A stretch of 63,148 nt of DNA, filler included, from Squatina squatina (lineage: Eukaryota): NCBI GenBank assembly GCA_031763465.1. It is 3 parts of 3 records of this genome, joined end to end, with 100 filler letters (N's around TTAATTAATTAA, not from the genome) between each part and the next. Parts side by side here need not be neighbours in the genome. Positions count along the whole stretch, not along the records: positions 41,239 to 63,148 come from JARFOE010000115.1; 2 more parts are not named here. One strand, 5' to 3'. Made by a program: the position numbers and the translations under genes. Below the pieces are notes generated by a model. The model searched no databases. It had not been told where the DNA came from and was given only the letters and a program-made list of their open reading frames with translations. Position 1 is the first letter of the stretch; every line of letters starts with the position of its first letter. Positions 51,111 through 62,140 of the stretch are shown here, piece after piece.

Positions 51111-51354
51111 ATTTTCCGCAAAGGGGCTGGAGAAAGGCCTGCTGGGAGACAAGTGGGGGCAAGATTAAAAGAAGTTAACTCTACCATGTTATTTGAAGTC
51201 AGGGCTGAAAATGGGTGTTGATGTCCTTTCAGTAGTGTGTAAAGTATCCTTCTGCACGTGTGCAGCTTTATGCTCCGTACCTCGCTGCATCAACACATCA
51301 TGTTGGATGGTGAGAAGGGATAACAAAGTGAAGCAGCTACTACTACTCCTACAG

Positions 51355-51443
51355 CTTGCATTTATATAGTGCCTTTAACATAGTAGAAACATCCTAAGGC
51401 GCTTCACAGGAGCGTTAACTGACAAAATTTGACACCGAGCCAC
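51355..51443 (-). mobile_element. L2 LINE 3' tail
   Basis: cttgcatttatatagtgcctttaac...aaggcgcttcacaggagcgtta...tttgacaccgagccaca. Confidence 0.75.
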
Positions 51444-51511
51444 AACCCAACATATCTTTCCCTCCCCTCCCCTTTCAGCATTTTGAAGGCACCACTCCCT
51501 CTGCAACACCC
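51444..51511 (+). mobile_element. Penelope-like ORF fragment
   Basis: IFPSPPLSAF*RHHSLCNT resembles the PLE linker motif IFP.PP..AFRR..SLRD. Confidence 0.55.
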
Positions 51512-51670
51512 NNNNNNNNNNNNNNNNNNNNNNNNNNNNNNNNNNNNNNNNNNNNNNNNNNNNNNNNNNNNNNNNNNNNNNNNNNNNNNNNNNNNNNNNN
51601 NNNNNNNNNNNTATCGTATAGTGGGATATTTTTCCTATTTTAATGAAAATTAGGAAGACCCTTAGGGAGC

Positions 51671-51694
51671 GAGAGAGAGAGAGAGAGAGAGAGA
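51671..51694. repeat. (GA)12 microsatellite
   Basis: Directly visible. Confidence 0.95.
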
Positions 51695-53220
51695 ACTGCT
51701 TCTTTGCTTCCACATGAACAGTCAGACAGCTGGGGATCTCCAGTGCCTGCTATTATAAAAAACCTTTCAGCTCGGAGAAAATTATTAGCTTAAGACTCAC
51801 GGCCTCAGGCTATTTAAATCAAGGTGCCCAGGAGGAGAGATTTTCTAAAACTTTGTCAACTTTTAATTTATGATTAGTTAAGGTGCCTCTAATCCCCAGA
51901 AGATTCCCTAAACACATGCTATTCCTCACTTGCGAGGATGCTTGATGTATCTCATAGGATCATGGTGTTGTCTCCTGTGCTGAGGAGGCCACATTAAGGC
52001 AGAAAGTTCACGCCTCCCAGCAGCTGTTACTAATGGGGTTTAATCATTACAACGGCTGGAAATCACTGGTGAAAAGATAAATGGTCTGCTGCTCGACATT
52101 GAACCAATGGGCGTTTTTTAGGCCAGTCAAGCAGGGAATCAGGATTACTTACTTGAGAGCCCTTGCTGACCCTTTGACCAGTGTTTACGAGCGGTGGTCC
52201 ATGAGGAGTCGGGCAGAAAAGCTGACTGGATGTAGATAATGCCTGAGGCACCTGTTACGTAACTTACTTTGGATTACACCTTCAGGCTGTTCTCTACCTA
52301 TTCCCAGAAGGCACGACAAATTCCTTTAANNNNNNNNNNNNNNNNNNNNNNNNNNNNNNNNNNNNNNNNNNNNNNNNNNNNNNNNNNNNNNNNNNNNNNN
52401 NNNNNNNNNNNNNNNNNNNNNNNNNNNNNGTATTTTCATGGCTATCTATTGCTGAGATACTCACTTGATAAATTCTCCGAAGGACTGGGGCAGATGCTTG
52501 CAGGGTTTCAACACAAAACTACTGAACTGGTTGGGTATGTGGCCTCTCTGTGATGCCTGAATACTGCATGACTGACCACGACATCCTCACCCTCGTCATC
52601 GGCATTTTGTTCCCCCATAATGACGATCTAGTTAGTGTCATCCAAAAAGCTCTTAGGTGTGCATGANNNNNNNNNNTTCATATATGTAAATATGAAAGAT
52701 TGGCAATAAATTCAAACTGTGCACATCTTTTCTATGGCTATGTATATTTCTCACCATAAGACTGTACATTAAATTACTCATTACTGTTATATATCAGCAG
52801 ACATTAATTTATTTAAACTACAGATGGTAAGGGACATCAATCAGTTCAAATGTGTAATTCTGCAATGTCTAAGTAGTTCATGTAGAAAATGTTGTTAAGT
52901 ATTTATGTTGAGAGTTAATTATATTGTGGTGACAAATATATTTTTGACACTGAATCACCCTCATATAAAAACGATTCAAACAAGAGAAAAGATAACAGCT
53001 AACCAATAATACGATTATAATGTAGCGCTGACAAGAATTGCCAGTTACCTCTTATTTCAATTGGGAGACATTAAATGCTTTGCCTGGATGCTTCATACAC
53101 TATTAAACCACAATGAACTTAATTGCCATTTTAATATATGCGACTGTACGAGAAAGGCGAAGGAATAATTGTGCCTTCTTTATGTTGGTAAGTCTAAATG
53201 AAGGGCCATAACCCATAATA

Positions 53221-53684
53221 GGGCTCAGCGGGTAGCACTCTCGCCTCTGAGTCAGAAGGCTGTCGGTTCAAGTCCTACTCCAGGGACTTGAGCACAAAAA
53301 AAAAATCTAGGCTGACACTCTGGTGCAGTGCTGAGGGAGTGCTACACTGTTGGAAGTGCCGTCTTTCAGATGAGGCGTCAAACTGAGGCTCCATCTGCTC
53401 TCTCAAGTGGATGTAAAAGATCCCATGGCACTATTTTTTAAAGAGCAGGATAGTTACTCTGGTGTCCTGGCCAATATTTATCCCTCAATCAATGTAACAA
53501 AAAAATACAGATTATCTGGTCATTATCACATTCCTGTTTGTGGGAGCTTGTTTACGCAAATTGGCTGCCTTGTTTCCCACATTACAACAGTGACTACACT
53601 CCAAAAAGTACTTCATTGGTTGTAAAGCGCTTTGAGATGTCCAGTGGTCGTGAAAGGTGCTATATAAATGCAAGTCTTTCTTTC
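53221..53684 (+). mobile_element. Full-length SacSINE1-like DeuSINE
   Basis: A box GGCTCAGCGGG and B box GGTTCAAGTCC, Deu-type body (gatcccatggcacta, tcctggccaa, tgtgggagcttg, aaattggctgcc) and L2-like tail gtgaaaggtgctatataaatgcaagtctttctttc. Confidence 0.92.
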
Positions 53685-54730
53685 CTCTTACCGGTAAGGT
53701 TGAAATGAACAGAAGAGAAGGCGGTCTGCATCAACAAGCAGTAATTNNNNNNNNNNNNNNNNNNNNNNNNNNNNNNNNNNNNNNNNNNNNNNNNNNNNNN
53801 NNNNNNNNNNNNNNNNNNNNNNNNNNNNNNNNNNNNNNNNNNNNNNGCATCAATTGGGCAACAAAGATTCTCAAAAGACTGCTCAGATGGCGAATGTCTA
53901 GTGCGAGTTAAGACAGCATGTGATTGACAGTCGGATTAAAATGATAATCGTCTATATGTAATAGCACCACAACAAGGATATACATTCCCTCAGGGTGGCA
54001 TTTCCTTGTGGGTGCCCCAAGCAAAGGTTCGGTTTGCAGCCCCTACGTTTCCTACACAATAACCCTACTTACTTAATCTGGTGTTGGATCCACTCGGGGT
54101 GACTGATTGGTGCAAGGCGCTGTGCAATTGCAGAGGCTTCATGGCCCCAACACCGCTCCTGCATCCTCGAAGATTTACTGATCGGCAAAAGGCTTGTTGG
54201 AGCAGTTCCAATTCCCTGGTGGTGATTAACAATTAAACCATTTGTTCCCTCAACATGATGTTAAAAGTATCTCTTGGGAATGGTTGTAAAAGCAAATTCT
54301 TCAGGTCTTTTTTTAAAGGAGGCGGTAGTTATCTGTGAGATGTTATTAATGCCTTTCAGACTAGAATAAAAAGGCATTTCAGACTATAATGCAAATTTGT
54401 ATTCAAAGCTTTTAAACCTGTTCTAACTGGAACTGCTTTTGTCTGCTTCAGTGAAACAGCCTCAAAAGGTTGTCACTTGAGTTAATAAAGGAAAAAATCA
54501 GAATTCTTACCTAATGAAGCAACCTAGAGAAAATGGCCCCCACCAGATAACTTCTCATCTGCTCAGATTGTATGTCAAATCAACGCAACTCAATGAGAGA
54601 TGCTCGGTACAATGGATAATCATATTGAAACAGTTTAAATCAAAAATTCACGTACAGTGCATCAGCTCAACAGATCAGGAAAGTTCCATAGCCAGCGTGG
54701 GGCAAGTTAGTTGATCGCAGACAGACCAAC

Positions 54731-54995
54731 AATTTGCCTTTATGTAGTGCCTTTTAACATAGGAAAACACGGCAAGGAGTTTCACAGGAGCGTTGTCAGA
54801 TAAAAATTGATACTGAGCCAAGGAAGGGTACATTCGGACGAATGACAAAAATCTTGGTGAATGAGGCAGGTTGTGAAGAGTTTCTTAAAGGAGGGAGAAG
54901 TAGAAAGGTAGAGGGAGGGAATTCCAGAACATAGGGTCTAGAGGGCGAAGAGCACAGCCGCCAATAGTGGGATGAAGGGAGTGCACAGGAGGCTT
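54731..54995 (-). mobile_element. L2 LINE 3' end
   Basis: Colinear with 7385-7592 (gggagggaattccaga..tagggtcta...gcacagccgccaatagtgg). Confidence 0.75.
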
Positions 54996-56231
54996 CAGTC
55001 TGACCCCCTGACAGTGCCTTAGCTTGACTGGTGGGGGTGAAAATTTTCAAGCCGACAGAGCAAGAAGTCCAGTGCCCACAAACCAGCCCTTTAAACACCA
55101 GCCCCTTTAACTGAAGCTCTACAGCAAATACTGAGTCAGGGGTTTATGTTATATCTGGACATATGTCCATACCCGTCTTTAAACAATCCTTACCTACAAT
55201 AATGAAAGAAACCTCAAGCCCTAGCTTCGCGTAGTTCCAACTTCTCAACGCTCAGAGATATGATACAGTCAACAAGTACCAGCAGACGGTCTGGGACCTG
55301 TTCATTCCTATGTCCAACTGTGCAAATCCACCTCTCACAGTGAGAGTAAACCGAGCCAATCAGAATCTAAAGTTGCGGCCTTTGCCAATCTGTTCCAACT
55401 AATCAGCATAACAATCCCCTGTAGGATTATATGAAGGGCTGAGGAGATTTTTTTTGTTTTTCCGTCATGGTGGGTAGTTTAAAAAAAAAACTTTTAGGGC
55501 CAATATAGGGAAAACAATATAGGTTAGAGGTCATTCAAAGGGTCACCGTGAACACACAATGGTACAAACCGACTTCCGCACTNNNNNNNNNNNNNNNNNN
55601 NNNNNNNNNNNNNNNNNNNNNNNNNNNNNNNNNNNNNNNNNNNNNNNNNNNNNNNNNNNNNNNNNNNNNNNNNNNNNNNNNNTTGTATGTAACTCATCCA
55701 CTCAATGCTTTTTTCTGAAGAAATCATGGTGCGCTTAATTGTATGGTTCCTATTACAAAATTTTAATTGAAGTTATCTTTGAAACTGTACACTTGTGTTG
55801 TCTTTTTTTTTTCAGGAGCTTGTTTTTCTTCCTGAGCAGGGAAGGGGTGAAGGAACGAGAGATTGAATTGAAAGCTCACGCTGGGTGTGGCCTATATTCA
55901 GGATGGCCAATATGCATATCAATGTGGTATTTCTGTATTATGCACAAGTCTGCTCATGCAGTGCAGATGAAAATTAACATTAAGTGGAACGATACATGGT
56001 TTTTGACATTTGTTTAATTCCTTAAAATAAAGTTCTTAAAATGAATTGGTCAGTTCCACACAACTGTACTTCAAATATAAACAGGGAGTACTCAATTTTA
56101 TTCCTACTTTGATAACTGAACTCTGATCGATTAAGCTTTTTTCGTAGTGACGTAACAATAGGAAACTTTAGCAAGATAATGAATTGCCCATAGTATTTCC
56201 AAAGGTCTGCTGACGAATGCAAGGTCATGTA

Positions 56232-56315
56232 CAAAAAACTAGTTCATTGGCTGTAAAGCACTTTGGGATGTCCGGTGGTCGTGAAAGGCGTTATATAAAT
56301 GCAAGTTTTTCTTTT
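56232..56315 (+). mobile_element. DeuSINE 3' tail
   Basis: ttcattggctgtaaagcactttgggatgtcc..gtcgtgaaaggcgttatataaatgcaag matches 53610-53680. Confidence 0.8.
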
Positions 56316-57920
56316 TTACAAGATGGATTCGGAAAGGGACTTCAGAAATTTTCAATGGTGCCATGATGTGGCCAGAGCGTCCAACTACATACCAGTTGAC
56401 AGAGAAATTGAACTAGAAATGTCGACATAGCAATTTAAAACTAAAAAAGTTTAACAGTAAAGTGCCATCGGAAATCGTGACAACGGTAAGCAAGGTGTGT
56501 ATCCTATGGAACAGAATACAGGCAGTGCACTGAACTGAGTTAGCCACTCTATCGTGCTGTACAAAGAAATGGGATATTACTTGCACTGAACTGCTGTAAG
56601 TTTATTTTACCATATTAATTTCTTCTCTTCTGTGTCGACTTCTGCTGGGATTCACTAATTGCAATCAAACCTAATCTTCAGCCATAGCTCATTCCTTCAC
56701 TTAAATGATGGCAGTTAAACTGTGGGAATCTGTCATCAGAGGCCAGCGAAGTTAGAAAGACCATCTCATTCTGCTTATAAATTTCACTCCAATCGAAAAA
56801 GATCAGAGTTCTACTCAGTGTAATAGCGCAATGTCCATCAGTCCCATTAAATCAAAATATGCTACACTAATACCATCTACAATAATGTAATGACTGCAAA
56901 TGTTAGATGTCTAATGATAAAATGCTTTGTTAATGGAGTTCAGTGTTTAATGTAGCGTGCTCTGCCCATTCCACTCTCCAACATTAAGACCCGGTTATGA
57001 AGTTTTCCCTCTAATTAATTATCAGAAAAACTGAAGCCAAGCTATCTGGGTCCCACCTGCACACATGTACCTCTGGGCTTAACCCTATTACACCTCCCTA
57101 GTTGATACTTCAAACTAGGCTCAGATGTGTGGAACATTAGCAAACAGTTCAACCCCACTCAGATTCCCTCTCCACTTCTAATCTTTCACCAACTGCTTTC
57201 TTACACCTCAAACACCACCCACCTCAGCCTTGACTTCTCGCACCCTGCTGACAAACCCCTAATGCACCACTTCATCGCCTCAACTTCTCCAATGCTTTTC
57301 CACCCTAGCCTNNNNNNNNNNNNNNNNNNNNNNNNNNNNNNNNNNNNNNNNNNNNNNNNNNNNNNNNNNNNNNNNNNNNNNNNNNNNNNNNNNNNNNNNN
57401 NNNNNNNNNNNNNNNNNNNNNNNNNTTAAAAACAGTATTACGGCTGCAGAAAGGCAGTTTAAGGAGGATCTGCCTTCGGAGGTAGTATGGGTTGAGGTCA
57501 GAAGGTGCTCTGTTCCCCTCCAGGTGAGAAGCTGCCCTCTGTTGGGGCAATGCAATATTCTGTGATCAACAGGATGGGCAGAAAATTTAGTTTGGAAGGT
57601 GGTTAATACTGAGGTCCTGAAATTACCACATGGGGAAATTGCAGGGAGAAATTCACCAGCTTCCACACTGTTGCAGCACATTTCAACTCTCTGTGCCACA
57701 GGCGGCCTGACAAGCTTTTTTTTGAAATATCAAAAGTCACAAAATGTTATATTGAACAAGGATTATATCCTAGAACTAGGAAGCTGCGCTTTTAGCCTGT
57801 GATTTTCGTTCTCAAATCAGACAGCTTTCTTTCTCCCCAGGATTATCTTTCAGGCATTGTTGGGTCTTGACATCTGCAAACAAAAAAAGATAAAAATCGC
57901 AGATACAAATACAGACTCAC

Positions 57921-58041
57921 CTTGGTAGGGATATTGATAGGCCACAGCATAAGGCTGCCCGTTAGATGTGTAGATTACTTGCTGCGAAGCAGGAGGAGAC
58001 TGTGCAGTGTAAGCACCACCATACGAATCATAACTGTAAAC
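57921..58041 (-). CDS. PLEKHB2: PLEKHB2 (evectin-2) penultimate-type coding exon (121 bp)
   Basis: Acceptor atttttcAG and donor G|GTgagt. Peptide VYSYDSYGGAYTAQSPPASQQVIYTSNGQPYAVAYQYPYQ(G) versus recalled human YGYGPYGGAYPPGTQVVYAANGQAYAVPYQYPYAG. Confidence 0.9.
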
Positions 58042-59019
58042 CTGAAAAATTCCACATCAATTGTTTAGCACTTCCCATATTTGACATCTTAGTGCACCGC
58101 TTAAATGCAAGATGATTACACTCAGTGCACTTACATCCCAACTAGAAGACAAAATTCATCATTTTACCAAATAGAGAGCCATTTGCACAACTCTCTCCTC
58201 TCTTTCTCATTCAATCCCCATACTTCAAGCAAGGTTTGGACCCAATAAATCATTGCAAAGCCATTAGGTACTTGAAGGAGGGGGTGGTGACGAGGAAGGA
58301 TGTCATGGACTGTATTTGCTTCTCAACCAGTCATCCCCTTGCATTCAAATGAGGCACTGAGTATAGAGTGATTTTATTCCCCCCTAAACATTTGAAGAAG
58401 GAATTATATTGTGGAAGAAGGCACTCAAGTGAACTGGGTGGGGTCTAGTTTGCAAAAAAAATAGCACTTTATATTTCTGTTACTCTACTCAGCAAGACCG
58501 TAGGAAACTACCTGGTTACATAATTGCTTTTTTGCTCTCATGACTTGATTGGTAAAGACACTGTGCAACGGAACCCCACAGACTAGAAATGTCCCAGGTT
58601 CAGTTTCCAGTGGGTTATCCAATCTCAGTGCAGGAGATGGGATGGAGGGTGCCTGTGACAATTCAAGCTCTTTCCCAACATTTTTTATCCATACTCACCA
58701 CAGAAAGTAACATCCATAGGCAGACACACACTCCTGCCCATTCCGAAAGATGAAAAAATAGCACATTGTCAGAATGTATTAACCTGGTTAAGTCTAATTT
58801 ATTTACATGATTTAAAGTTATACAGAAGCAAAAAAAAGACACAAATGGACTCAAAACTGAAGATAACCATAAAATAGTAAATATTCCTCCACGTACTCAC
58901 CAAAGACATAAGCAACATGCCCTTTCCAGACAAAGATGTCCAAATAAAGTCCATGATTTCATTATGAATGAATCAGAATTCAAGACATGCTCAACATGCT
59001 CAAGACAAAAACATCTCCA

Positions 59020-59198
59020 GGGACTGATGATATTTACCTCAGAGTGTTGAAAGACTGCAGAGTAGATTTACATCTACAGCCATTATGAGGGACTCAATAG
59101 ACACTGCCCAGGTACCAGCAGATTGGAAACAGGCTAATAGGGTGCCTAAATTCAAAATAGGTTGGAAAGCAGACCAAGGCAACTACATACCCATTTCC
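59020..59198 (+). mobile_element. CR1 RT fragment
   Basis: SPGTDDIYLRVLKD...VPADWKQANRVPKFKIG.K.D.GNY.PI. Confidence 0.75.
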
Positions 59199-59342
59199 AG
59201 TACATTGATGAATGTATTGGTGCTGTTTCCTGCTCTGCCCTGAACTAGAAAATTTCATTCACTTTGCCTCCAATTCCCACCATTCCCTCACCTTCACATG
59301 GTCCATCTCCGACTATTCCCTTCCCTTTCTTGACTTCTCAGT
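59199..59342 (+). mobile_element. Penelope-like RT fragment
   Basis: QYIDECIGAVSCS.PELENFIHFASN.H.SLTFTWSISD.SLPFLD (YIDD region of PLE RT; one frameshift). Confidence 0.75.
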
Positions 59343-59587
59343 NNNNNNNNNNNNNNNNNNNNNNNNNNNNNNNNNNNNNNNNNNNNNNNNNNNNNNNNNN
59401 NNNNNNNNNNNNNNNNNNNNNNNNNNNNNNNNNNNNNNNNNNGCGCGCATGCGTAGTCCAGTTCTGGTTTGTTGGCATCAGTCGCATCCATTTTTACATA
59501 AATCTGGAAACTTAATGGCAAATTTATCATAGGTCTTACCAAATACATTGAAGTAACAAGAATCAGTCACAGTATAAAGCACAGTAC

Positions 59588-59740
59588 CTCTGCACTCAAA
59601 TCCAGATCGGATGTTAACACAATCCACTTTTATATGGATTCTATCTTCCAGGTCTTCCCGCAACTGATCATCATAGTACAAGAGCTGACCATTGGACCAC
59701 AGGTCAAACCAGTTGTTCTTCCACCGCTTTAAAATAGTAC
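59588..59740 (-). CDS. PLEKHB2: PLEKHB2 PH-domain exon (153 bp)
   Basis: Acceptor attgtttcAG and donor G|GTactg. Peptide (S)TILKRWKNNWFDLWSNGQLLYYDDQLREDLEDRIHIKVDCVNIRSGFECR versus recalled human STILKRWKKNWFDLWSDGHLIYYDDQTRQNIEDKVHMPMDCINIRTGQECR. Confidence 0.95.
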
Positions 59741-59969
59741 CTGAAACAATTCAAAATAGTAAACTCCAAAAGTTGAAGCTCTTCTCGGTAAAATTCACAG
59801 CTGCTTACTCAGGATAAAATGGCCACGAAACAGATCATAAACAAACCAAACATTACAATTGATGGCCCCACCCTAGTCACAAGAATAATGGTCCAAACCA
59901 ACTTATCAAAGGCAAGATTGAATAGATCCTGAATATCCCTTCTCAAGAATGTAGTACTAGCATAACCGA

Positions 59970-60169
59970 TAGGGTGCCCAGATCGGAAGAGTCCCAAACC
60001 AGAACAATCAGTGTCCGCTGGGACTGCGCACACGCAGTGCGTTCTCCACCGGGACTGCAGTCAAGTGGACACGAAAAACCGGGACATTTGAGCAATTTTG
60101 AAGGAAGTGTCGGGACACCGGGGCACTTCCTCAAAAGCCGTGCCTGTCCCGGGACATCTGGTCACCCTA
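59970..60169. mobile_element. Complete 200-bp hAT-like MITE
   Basis: TIRs TAGGGTGCCCAGAT / ATCTGGTCACCCTA (13 of 14 match) and repeated GGGAC/GTCCC motifs. No clean 8-bp TSD visible. Confidence 0.8.
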
Positions 60170-60444
60170 CTTTTAACCCCAGTTTTACAGGGTGGGAGGA
60201 GACACTCTGTTGAGTTACGATCTCCCACTCTCTCCTGCAGGGTCTCCATTTTACCTAAATTGTTCACAACTGTTTTGAGGTGGGGGGGGATTTGATTTTA
60301 TTGGGCTGCCTGTCATTTGGGAGCCACTGGNNNNNNNNNNNNNNNNNNNNNNNNNNNNNNNNNNNNNNNNNNNNNNNNNNNNNNNNNNNNNNNNNNNNNN
60401 NNNNNNNNNNNNNNNNNNNNNNNNNNNNNNAACTCACATTGACC

Positions 60445-60507
60445 AGATTATTAGTCCTGGCCTCTGGATTACTAGTCCCATAATTTAACCACTATGCTAC
60501 CATTCCC
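60445..60507 (-). mobile_element. tRNA-derived SINE head
   Basis: Reverse complement ggtagcatagtggtta...ggactagtaatccagaggcc. Confidence 0.55.
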
Positions 60508-60759
60508 TAATGAGGCACCATAATGCCTGTTTTATTTTCCCTCACTGAAATTGGAGAGTGATGAGCAAGGCAGTCATCTGTCCTGCCCTGCACATGATTC
60601 TTTAATGGCTGCTAAAGAAAGGAAAGTTAAAAAAAAATTTGAAACAACATCTCGTGGAGATAGGAGGAGCAGGAGTGCTCCCCAGCCATTACAATCGTTG
60701 TGCTCGCCACCTCCACCCCTCCACACCCACTCCCCGTTGCCCACTCTCCTGAGATTTAC

Positions 60760-60960
60760 CTTTGGGCTGCAGCCGGCAAGACAAATAACCTGATATTAGT
60801 GCTGCTCAAGTGCACGAGCTGCGTGTGGAGGCGCAACGAGTCGCGTGTAAAATGTTCAGGAGGTCCGAGGCCCAATTCCAGGCCGGCCTCAGGCTGCTTG
60901 GTTGGGACAGGTGCTGCCTCTGCAGCGCCGCATTTGAGCCCGAAAACAGGCGGATTTTTC
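60760..60960 (-). promoter_or_regulatory. PLEKHB2: Probable non-coding first exon / CpG-rich promoter of PLEKHB2
   Basis: Non-repetitive CpG-rich patch ending in donor AAG|GTaaat at 60760/60759, about 1 kb upstream of the PH exon. The 5' boundary is uncertain. Confidence 0.5.
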
Positions 60961-61929
60961 CCCTTGTGCCTCTTGTATCGTTTGAAGAATTGAGAGATAC
61001 AACTACATTTTGAAGAAGCACCTCAACAAAGTGGTGACTGAGCCACCATGGTTCACTCACAATTTATTCAAACACATTCATTCACTCCCTGCACATTTGA
61101 AGGACATAACTGATACACACTCACTAACTGATTGGGTCTGGCATCTGACGGATTCATACAAGAACCGAGGACCATTACCCTTGCATTGCAACCTGTGAAA
61201 CATCAGTTACATTTTTCGACTTAAAATGAAGCTGAATAATATTGTGTAGTAAAAGCTCTTCAGCCAAGTTCGGGCTGATTGGCCTTCCCTCAGCATCACT
61301 GAATATATTATATTATTAGTGATCATGTTGTGCATTGTTTAGAGATTTGCAAAGGATCAAGGATGTAATACATATGAATAACTTAAGGACTTAAAATTAA
61401 GTTTAACCAAACTGAAATAAATACACGTGGAAAGCAATCCATTATAATTAGGAATGGGTATGAGTAGATTACCAGGGAAATATGACTTAGCTTTTCCAAA
61501 GGCCACCTGGAATATCAGTGGCAAACATTAATACAAAAAGCTGACTGTGATGTACAGAAAGATAAAGGTTATCTTGTGTGTAATGTCAAAAGAAAGTCGC
61601 TAAATAGCTGGTACTCTTATTTGCTTCAAGCAGCAGAAACACAACCAAGGCAGTTGTTATATTTGTAATTGGTACACAAGTTAAATCAAGATCCAACATA
61701 CCAGGTTGCTAATTAACCCCAAGTCACAGGCCCTTTGAATAATTCAGTGCCTTACCAGAATGCGAAGTCCAGTCCTTATGTGTCAAGGGAGGAACCATTT
61801 ATAACCAATATACAAACAAAAATTGCTGGNNNNNNNNNNNNNNNNNNNNNNNNNNNNNNNNNNNNNNNNNNNNNNNNNNNNNNNNNNNNNNNNNNNNNNN
61901 NNNNNNNNNNNNNNNNNNNNNNNNNNNNN

Positions 61930-62140
61930 GGCTGCGTGGTGCGGGTCAGCGCGCATCTTGATGACGCCATGCGCCGACCCACTGTGAAATTCAGCTGGGC
62001 AGGCGCAAAGGCCTTTGCACCCCAGCTGAATTTCGGGGGAGGTGAGATGGCCGCCTCCCGACGCCTCTTTTTTTTAACGTCTCATTAGTGCCCCTCGGAG
62101 GCGCTAATGGGACGTTGAAGGAGGCCACTTTTGGCCCCCA
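61930..62140. mobile_element. Harbinger-type MITE 3' end with two internal palindromes
   Basis: Ends cacttttggccccca. Hairpins at 61986-62034 and 62076-62116. Confidence 0.65.

Noticed and set aside
52153-52251. 99-nt open segment with GTAAGT donor on the minus strand
   Set aside because: No polypyrimidine tract at the acceptor and no recognisable peptide.
53221-53290. tRNA-like sequences (also 33235-33309 and 44783-44845)
   Set aside because: They are SINE heads continuing into, or truncated from, the Deu body, not tRNA genes.
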